Shown here in pieces: positions 58,718 to 64,000 of a stretch of 64,000 bases of DNA. A program made the translations under genes and the position numbers. The DNA comes from a virus. Under the pieces are notes generated by a model. The model made no database searches. It was given only the letters and a program-made list of their open reading frames with translations, and was not told the DNA's origin. How positions within the stretch are numbered: the first letter of the stretch is position 1; each line of letters begins with the position of its first letter. The stretch covers positions 1 to 64,000 of IMG/VR virus record IMGVR_UViG_3300027659_000009. One strand, 5' to 3'.

Positions 58718-58978
58718 ATGAGTAAGGCAAAATTGGAATTTGATTTAACAGACTTTGATGATAAAATGGAATTTGAAAGATGTAATAAGTCTACTGATAT
58801 GTCTTTTGTTATTTTTGAAATGGTTTATAATATGAAAAAAAGATTATATTATGAATTTGAAGAGAGGGAAGAGAAAGGTGAGAAACTTACAGTATATGAT
58901 GGAATAGATTCAGTTTTTGAAAAATTAAGTGAACAATTATCGGAAAGAGGTATTAATATTGACAAACTTATAATTTAA
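58718..58978 (+). CDS. Hypothetical protein
   Basis: MSKAKLEFDL phage-type family. Confidence 0.6.
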   Translation: MSKAKLEFDLTDFDDKMEFERCNKSTDMSFVIFEMVYNMKKRLYYEFEEREEKGEKLTVYDGIDSVFEKLSEQLSERGINIDKLII

Positions 58979-58988
58979 AATAAAATAA

Positions 58989-59378
58989 ATGACAGAAGAA
59001 GAAATGAATGATTTTCTAATTTCTATTGGTGGATTAGAAAACGGTTGGAGAACTGATAGTCCACCAATTAAAGATTGTGGTTATTTTGTAGTGGACAATG
59101 GGTGGTTAAAACTTATAAAAGAACTTATAGAAGATTTAATTAAATTGGGTTGGGATAAACAAATAACTCAAGTTAAAGAAAAGTTCGGTGGGTTAAGGTT
59201 CTATATTAATGGTGGTAGTGATGAAATATTTGAAAGAATTACGGAGGCGGAAAATAAAAGTTATGAAATTTGTGAAGTGACTGGTGAACCTGGTACTTTG
59301 AGAACTGACATAGGTTGGTATAGAACTCTTTGTGATGTAGAATATGAAAAAATAAAAAATAGAAAAGATGGAATATAA
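58989..59378 (+). CDS. Conserved phage protein (QVKEKFGGLRFY family)
   Basis: GW..LI, QVKEKFGGLRFY, CEVTG, WYRTLC. Confidence 0.7.
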   Translation: MTEEEMNDFLISIGGLENGWRTDSPPIKDCGYFVVDNGWLKLIKELIEDLIKLGWDKQITQVKEKFGGLRFYINGGSDEIFERITEAENKSYEICEVTGEPGTLRTDIGWYRTLCDVEYEKIKNRKDGI

Positions 59379-59643
59379 TTTTAAAAATAGATACAATGAA
59401 AATATTAGTTTCATTGGTGAAGGTGAGACATTTGAAATGAACGGTGGTGAATATTACAGATACCTATTCAATGTGGATAAAGACGGTAATTTTGAAAGTT
59501 ATCACGCAGTTGATCCTTCTGGCGGACCATTCATTGGTGTGGGAATGGATATGGGTTATATACACGATGATTTAAAAGGTTTGATAGTAGAATCTATAAA
59601 TAGGGTGGAAGAAAAAATAATTTTAAATACTAAAAGAATATGA
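59368..59643 (+). CDS. Hypothetical protein
   Basis: VDPSGGPFIGVG motif. Confidence 0.6.
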   Translation: MEYNFKNRYNENISFIGEGETFEMNGGEYYRYLFNVDKDGNFESYHAVDPSGGPFIGVGMDMGYIHDDLKGLIVESINRVEEKIILNTKRI

Positions 59644-60029
59644 GTTACGAAGAATTTTTAAAGGTATTGATGTCTTATAAAAAAATTAATGAGGATATCA
59701 GTGAATTATATGATATAGGATTTGATTTTTTAGAAGGTAAGTATCGTGTGTCAGATAGTGTTAGTATAATGTTTGATGCGGTTTTAGATTCACACTTTAC
59801 TGATGAAGGTGTTGATTGGATAAATTGGTTTATTTTTGAAAATGATTGGGGACAAAAAGATTGGTCTTTGGTACCTACATTTGATAGTGTTACAGGGAAA
59901 ATGGAAGACAATACTGATCCAATGCGTAAATATGGTGCAAAAGATGAGAAAGGTGAACCGATATGTCATTCATTTGAATCAACATATGAATTCGTTAAAC
60001 AATATTTAAAATATAAAACAGATGAATAA
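59640..60029 (+). CDS. Conserved phage hypothetical protein
   Basis: DWINWFIFENDWG motif. Confidence 0.6.
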   Translation: MSYEEFLKVLMSYKKINEDISELYDIGFDFLEGKYRVSDSVSIMFDAVLDSHFTDEGVDWINWFIFENDWGQKDWSLVPTFDSVTGKMEDNTDPMRKYGAKDEKGEPICHSFESTYEFVKQYLKYKTDE

Positions 60030-60156
60030 ATTAGAATTAACAGATGAACAACTTTTGTTAGAAAGAATACTTAACGCTATGTCAGATAAATTTGATATGA
60101 ATTATGATAAATTGTCTGATGAAATAAAAAAAATGTTTAAAGAAGAAAAAATATAA
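60022..60156 (+). CDS. 44-aa hypothetical protein (not in ORF track)
   Basis: MNKLELTDEQLLLERIL... Confidence 0.4.
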   Translation: MNKLELTDEQLLLERILNAMSDKFDMNYDKLSDEIKKMFKEEKI

Positions 60157-60165
60157 TGAATAAAA

Positions 60166-60196
60166 TTTGGTGGAATGAAAATTATTCGTATCTTTG
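60166..60196 (+). promoter_or_regulatory. Bacteroidota-type promoter
   Basis: TTTG-N19-TATCTTTG. Confidence 0.75.
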
Positions 60197-60215
60197 TCTA
60201 AATAAATCAAAAACT

Positions 60216-60632
60216 ATGAAAAAATTTTTTAAGAGATTATGTAAAAGAATCTATGTGAAGTATACTTTATGGATACATTACAGAGCCTTAGCCCCAAAAG
60301 GGAAGAAGACTCAGAATGAGGCTATTTGTAATGCCATCTGTAGAAAGATGATATCACACAAAGATTCTAAATTTATGATTGCCCCTCTATCTGAGAAAAG
60401 GTACATTAAAAACGCAACACTTAATTTGTTTGTCGTATTTGAGGATCGTCAGGTTAGTATAACTAATCACGTTTACCATTATGATGTAAGATTATGTGAA
60501 AGAGATTGGTATAAACTTATTCGTAGTTATAACGAAAAGACTGAGGATCTTAGAATGGGTTATGAGAATGAGATTAAATCTCAGATAGTTCATTCTTTGT
60601 CTAAAATATTAGATAAAATATCGGAAAAATAA
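60216..60632 (+). CDS. Hypothetical protein
   Basis: Start moved downstream of promoter to MKKFF. Confidence 0.6.
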   Translation: MKKFFKRLCKRIYVKYTLWIHYRALAPKGKKTQNEAICNAICRKMISHKDSKFMIAPLSEKRYIKNATLNLFVVFEDRQVSITNHVYHYDVRLCERDWYKLIRSYNEKTEDLRMGYENEIKSQIVHSLSKILDKISEK

Positions 60633-60689
60633 TTATCAAACCTATTGTTTTTCTGAAAAATAGTAGTTATTATTGTAAAAGAAAAAAAG

Positions 60690-60704
60690 AAAACGTTCTT
60701 TGAA
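60690..60704 (+). promoter_or_regulatory. boxA-like element before tRNA cluster
   Basis: AAAACGTTCTTTGAA; weaker copy GTTCTTTG at 60888. Confidence 0.6.
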
Positions 60705-60727
60705 TAATATTTAAACCAACGCAAACT

Positions 60728-60799
60728 GCTGCCATCGTCTAACGGTTAGGACCTATGGTTTTCATCCATAAAATCGGAGTTCGATTCTCCGTGGCAGTA
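60728..60799 (+). tRNA. tRNA-Glu(TTC), no encoded CCA
   Basis: GCTGCCA/TGGCAGT acceptor; TATGG-TTTTCAT-CCATA; CGGAG-TTCGATT-CTCCG. Confidence 0.92.
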
Positions 60800-60806
60800 C
60801 AAACAT

Positions 60807-60879
60807 TGCGGGATAGGGAAGTTGGTAGCCCGCTAGGCTCATAACCTAGAGGTCGTAGGTTCGAATCCTGCTCCCGCTA
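60807..60879 (+). tRNA. tRNA-Met(CAT), initiator-like, no encoded CCA
   Basis: T1:T72 mismatch, purine11-pyrimidine24, CTAGG-CTCATAA-CCTAG, GTAGG-TTCGAAT-CCTGC. Confidence 0.9.
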
Positions 60880-60949
60880 CTAAAATAGTTCTTTGTTTTA
60901 TTGGTTATTACTTTTGATTAGATAAAGTTATATATCATCTTTTAAATTT

Positions 60950-61021
60950 GGCCCCATAGTTCAACGGATAGAACAGTGGTTTTCTAAACCTCTAATCCAA
61001 GTTCGATTCTTGGTGGGGCTA
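60950..61021 (+). tRNA. tRNA-Arg(TCT), no encoded CCA
   Basis: GGCCCCA/TGGGGCT; GTGGT-TTTCTAA-ACCTC (one mismatch); CCAAG-TTCGATT-CTTGG. Confidence 0.9.
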
Positions 61022-61113
61022 CTAATTACTATGACGAATCCTCCACTAATAATGGGGAATTTTTATTTATAAACATTATTATAATGTGTATACTTATAAA
61101 AAAAACAAAAACT

Positions 61114-61611
61114 ATGAAAAAATTAAAATTACTACTAGTGGTTCTACTACTATTGATCACAACTAAAACATTCTCACAAAATACTTACTTTACCCTTTAC
61201 ATTCTTGGTGCAACCGATTGCCAGTACTCCATTACAGGAAATTGGATTGATACGGTAGGACAACCACAACAAGGGTCTTTGTCCTTTGCTGCTGGAGACA
61301 CATCTTCAACCTTTCAAGATATATGGTATTGTCAAGTGGAGTCAACCAGTACTACGAGTATCTTATCAATTTGTGTTGAACCAGATACACTATGTAATTG
61401 CCCAACGGTTTGTATTCAACAATTACCAATTACACAAGGATCAATTACAATTCTGTTATGTGATAGTATTGTAGGAGTTGAAGAACAACAAATTTTGTCA
61501 TTAATGGATAACAAATACTATGATTTATTTGGAAGAGAAATTAAAGATATATCAAAATACCCAATTAATTCTTTTTATATTAAGAACGGTAGAAAATATA
61601 TTAAAGAATAA
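61114..61611 (+). CDS. Secreted Cys-containing protein with T9SS-like C-terminal sorting domain
   Basis: Signal MKKLKLLLVVLLLLITTKTFS|Q; C-term VGVEE..YYDLFGREI..FYIKNGRKYIK. Confidence 0.65.
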   Translation: MKKLKLLLVVLLLLITTKTFSQNTYFTLYILGATDCQYSITGNWIDTVGQPQQGSLSFAAGDTSSTFQDIWYCQVESTSTTSILSICVEPDTLCNCPTVCIQQLPITQGSITILLCDSIVGVEEQQILSLMDNKYYDLFGREIKDISKYPINSFYIKNGRKYIKE

Positions 61612-61671
61612 TACATTACACAAATAAAATAATAACTAATCCTACCTTGACAACAAAAAAATATTTTTTTG

Positions 61672-61700
61672 TTGACAATTAAAATAAATTTAGTTATAAT
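61672..61700 (+). promoter_or_regulatory. Consensus TTGACA-N17-TATAAT promoter
   Basis: Exact consensus. Confidence 0.75.
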
Positions 61701-61718
61701 TGAATAAAAAATAAACTT

Positions 61719-62348
61719 ATGGAATTATTAAAATCGTTAGAGTGGAGATACGCCACCAAAAAAATGAATGGGGAGAAAATCCCACAGGATAAATTAGAAA
61801 GAATCTTAGACGCAACAAGATTGGCACCAAGTTCATACGGACTTACACCATATAATGTTATTGTGGTAGAGGATCAAAAATTAAAAGAAGAGTTACAAGG
61901 GGCATGTTACGGACAAACACAATTAAGTGAGTCATCCGCAGTACTTGTATTTGCAACGTGGGATGAGGTTACAGAACATTCTGTAGAGAACTACATTAAT
62001 GAGATTGCAAAACAAAGAGAAATCCCTGTAGAGTCATTAAATGGTTTACAAGACATGATGAATGGATCATTAACCAACATGTCACATGAACAAAAGATTT
62101 CTTGGGCTCAGAGACAAGCATACATCGGATTAGGGTTCGCATTAACGGCAGCAGCAATAGAAGAAGTAGACTCAACACCAATGGAAGGATTTGTTCCTGA
62201 ATCAGTGGATACTGTTTTAGGTCTACAAGAATTAGGATTAAAATCGGTAGTAGTTCTTCCATTAGGATATAGAGATACAGAGAATGATTATTTATCAACA
62301 CTAAAGAAAGTGAGATGGGATAATGATAAGTTCTTTATTAGAAAATAA
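61719..62348 (+). CDS. NAD(P)H-dependent nitroreductase (NfsB-like)
   Basis: WRYATKKM, LAPSSYGL, QAYIGLG, DSTPMEGF, LPLGYR, KKVR. Confidence 0.93.
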   Translation: MELLKSLEWRYATKKMNGEKIPQDKLERILDATRLAPSSYGLTPYNVIVVEDQKLKEELQGACYGQTQLSESSAVLVFATWDEVTEHSVENYINEIAKQREIPVESLNGLQDMMNGSLTNMSHEQKISWAQRQAYIGLGFALTAAAIEEVDSTPMEGFVPESVDTVLGLQELGLKSVVVLPLGYRDTENDYLSTLKKVRWDNDKFFIRK

Positions 62349-62354
62349 AAATTT

Positions 62355-62428
62355 AGTTAGTTAGATGGCGTGTTGGCATACGCACCCGATCATAAGGGAG
62401 ATAATGGGTTCGATTCCTGTGCTGACTA
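62355..62428 (+). tRNA. tRNA-like element/pseudo-tRNA with defective anticodon arm (CAT in loop)
   Basis: AGTTAG../GCTGACT-A acceptor, GCGT/ACGC D-stem, ATGGG-TTCGATT-CCTGT T-arm, only 3-bp CCC/GGG anticodon stem. Confidence 0.55.
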
Positions 62429-62486
62429 CGCAAAAAACATTGAACTGAGTTTCCTTGCTGCAAAGTGGGTTTTACAAGTTCAACAT

Positions 62487-62640
62487 AGTCAGGTGGTGGA
62501 ATGGTAGACACATAGTGACACGCACGGCAGCCTTGAATAAGTGCATTTTGAAAAGGCAATGCGAATGATGAAGAACACTACCTCACGGTGCGTAGGTAAA
62601 ATTCAAAGTGTTCATACAGGTTCGATTCCTGTCCTGACTA
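62487..62640 (+). ncRNA. 154-nt tRNA mimic with greatly expanded anticodon/variable region
   Basis: AGTCAGG/CCTGACT-A acceptor, Leu-type D-arm GTGGAATGGTAGACAC, ACAGG-TTCGATT-CCTGT T-arm, ~100-nt structured middle. Confidence 0.7.
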
Positions 62641-62641
62641 C

Positions 62642-62734
62642 AAACACATAAACTTCGGTACCCGTACCGCTGACGATGGGCTAAGTAATATACAATTCCG
62701 TACTGCGGGGAGTAGAATGCCGAAGAGTGTGTTT
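62642..62734 (+). ncRNA. Unknown structured RNA
   Basis: AAACACAT/GTGTGTTT and CTTCGGTA/TGCCGAAG closing stems around a GC-rich core. Confidence 0.5.
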
Positions 62735-62758
62735 ATAAAAATAAATAAAAATAAAAAT

Positions 62759-62911
62759 ATGAGTGATAAAAAATTTGTAGAAGTTTGTGTAGGTATCGGA
62801 ATGAATCAGTTTTTTCCTGAATATACATTAATAGAAATACCTAATGATGTGGTAGTGGAAGTTAAAGAAAAAAAAGTTAGGAAAACTAAAAAGAAAGAAG
62901 AAAGTAAATAA
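62759..62911 (+). CDS. 50-aa hypothetical protein
   Basis: MSDKKFVEVCVGIGMNQFFPEY...; start moved downstream of the RNA element. Confidence 0.5.
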   Translation: MSDKKFVEVCVGIGMNQFFPEYTLIEIPNDVVVEVKEKKVRKTKKKEESK

Positions 62912-62921
62912 TTTTAAACAT

Positions 62922-62949
62922 AAGGTGATTTTTTATCACCTTTTTTTTT
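62922..62949 (+). terminator. Intrinsic terminator
   Basis: AAGGTGAT-TTTTT-ATCACCTT + T-run. Confidence 0.8.
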
Positions 62950-62977
62950 GTTATATGAAATATTTTACCTATATTTG
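62947..62977 (+). promoter_or_regulatory. Bacteroidota-type promoter
   Basis: TTTG-N19-TATATTTG. Confidence 0.7.
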
Positions 62978-62993
62978 TCTTAAATAAATTCAT

Positions 62994-63728
62994 ATGCCAA
63001 AGATATTTGAAGTAGGTGGTTGTGTCAGAGATGAATTGATGGGTGTGGAAACAAATGATATTGATTTCACATTTGTCTTAGACAATTTGGATAGAACCGT
63101 AGAAGAAGGATTCCAAATAATGACTGATTGGTTATTACATAAGGAATTTACTATTTTCTTAAGTACACCTGATTGTTTTACTATTAGGGCAAAGTTTCCT
63201 AAAGATCACATTCATTCTGGTTTGGTTGCAGATTTTGTTCTCGCAAGAAAAGAGGTGGGGTATGTTGAAGGAACAAGAAAACCTATTTTGGAATTGGGTA
63301 AGTTGGAAGATGATTTGGTTCGTAGAGACTTTACGTTGAACGCATTGGCGAAAGATGAAAACGGTTCTATTATAGATTTGTTCGATGGTATTTGGGCATT
63401 GGAAAATAAACTATTGTTAACTCCATTGGACGCAAAGGTAACTATGTTAGATGATCCATTAAGGCTGATTAGGGCATTTAGATTTTCTATCACTAAAGGT
63501 TTTGAGATATCACCTACGATTTGGGAGACTTGTTTAATGGATAGTGTTGTAGATAAATTAGAGTTGGTAGTATCAAAGGAAAGAATCAGAGAAGAACTTT
63601 TAAAGATGTTAAAACACGATACGTTAAAGTCTTTGGAATTGTTTTCAAGAATAAAAATACTTAACCCTAAAATTTTGGATATTATGTTTGGTGGGGATAT
63701 GTGGTTAAAACCAACATTTGAAAAATAA
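62994..63728 (+). CDS. Minimal class II tRNA nucleotidyltransferase (CCA-adding enzyme family)
   Basis: VGGCVRD, DIDF, RRDFTLNAL, DDPLRLIRAFRF, VSKERIREEL. Confidence 0.9.
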   Translation: MPKIFEVGGCVRDELMGVETNDIDFTFVLDNLDRTVEEGFQIMTDWLLHKEFTIFLSTPDCFTIRAKFPKDHIHSGLVADFVLARKEVGYVEGTRKPILELGKLEDDLVRRDFTLNALAKDENGSIIDLFDGIWALENKLLLTPLDAKVTMLDDPLRLIRAFRFSITKGFEISPTIWETCLMDSVVDKLELVVSKERIREELLKMLKHDTLKSLELFSRIKILNPKILDIMFGGDMWLKPTFEK

Positions 63729-63732
63729 TTAT

Positions 63733-64000
63733 ATGAAAGAGATACTTAAAAAATATGAAGAGGATGGATTGTTGTTCAGACAATTCTATCAGACATTGGA
63801 TTTAGAGATTTGGAATTATTCTGAAAAGGTTCAATACGAAGGACTATGGGATGACATCACATTAATGTGTCGTGGATTAGTCACAAACTCTAATGGTGAT
63901 ATTGTGGCAAGACCATTCCGTAAATTCTTTAACATCGAAGAGGGTAGACATACACCTACAGAACAGTTTAATGTCTACGAAAAAATGGATGGTTCTTTGG
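63733..64000 (+). CDS. T4 Rnl1-like RNA ligase (5' part, truncated by window end; not in ORF track)
   Basis: Manual translation ..WNYSEKVQY..MCRGLV..IVARPFRKFFN..YEKMDGSL (motif I KxDG). Confidence 0.88.
   Translation, partial: MKEILKKYEEDGLLFRQFYQTLDLEIWNYSEKVQYEGLWDDITLMCRGLVTNSNGDIVARPFRKFFNIEEGRHTPTEQFNVYEKMDGSL

Noticed and set aside
62353-62559. 68-aa minus-strand ORF
   Set aside because: Antisense to the tRNA-like elements.
62512-62615. Group I intron in a tRNA-Leu
   Set aside because: Insert of about 100 nt or less is too short and lacks recognisable P7/terminal-G features.
62670-62716. Hammerhead or theta/HDV ribozyme
   Set aside because: CTGACGA is present but there is no correctly placed stem II-GAAA; the element does not begin with G at the tRNA 3' end and I could not build an HDV double pseudoknot.
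1-64000. Stop-codon reassignment as in some jumbo phages
   Set aside because: Genes are intact and densely packed under code 11, TAG and TGA both terminate real genes, and no suppressor tRNA is seen.

Overview
AT-rich segment of a very large (jumbo/mega) myovirus-like bacteriophage genome, standard genetic code, most likely infecting Bacteroidota. The host inference rests on TTTG-N19/20-TAnnTTTG promoters, Gln-terminated signal peptides, a T9SS-like C-terminal domain, an Hc1-type histone-like protein and a Gly-starting tmRNA tag. All family assignments come from motif recognition by eye, not database searches. Layout: 1-15.8 kb baseplate/tail-fibre genes including a 2720-aa Cys-rich protein; 15.8-25.6 kb replication/recombination genes (RuvC-like, primase, PD-(D/E)XK exonuclease, an unusually split Mre11/Rad50) and a sigma-70; 25.6-42.5 kb late genes (membrane proteins, five cell-wall-enzyme-like proteins, many proteins with N-terminal I/L-x-E head-protein-like leaders); 42.5-64 kb accessory, host-takeover and RNA-metabolism genes. 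The most interesting signal is non-coding. A DUF2828 (TROVE/Ro60-like vWA) gene is followed directly by a boxA-like element and two tandem, homologous, covarying structured RNAs (46185-46346, 46355-46675), a candidate phage Ro-RNP-like system. The same boxA-like element precedes a phage tmRNA (53548-53915, unusually long 31-aa tag) and a tRNA cluster (Glu, fMet, Arg). A second RNA cassette (62355-62734) holds two tRNA mimics with broken or expanded anticodon arms plus an unknown structured RNA, just upstream of a CCA-adding enzyme and an Rnl1-type RNA ligase.
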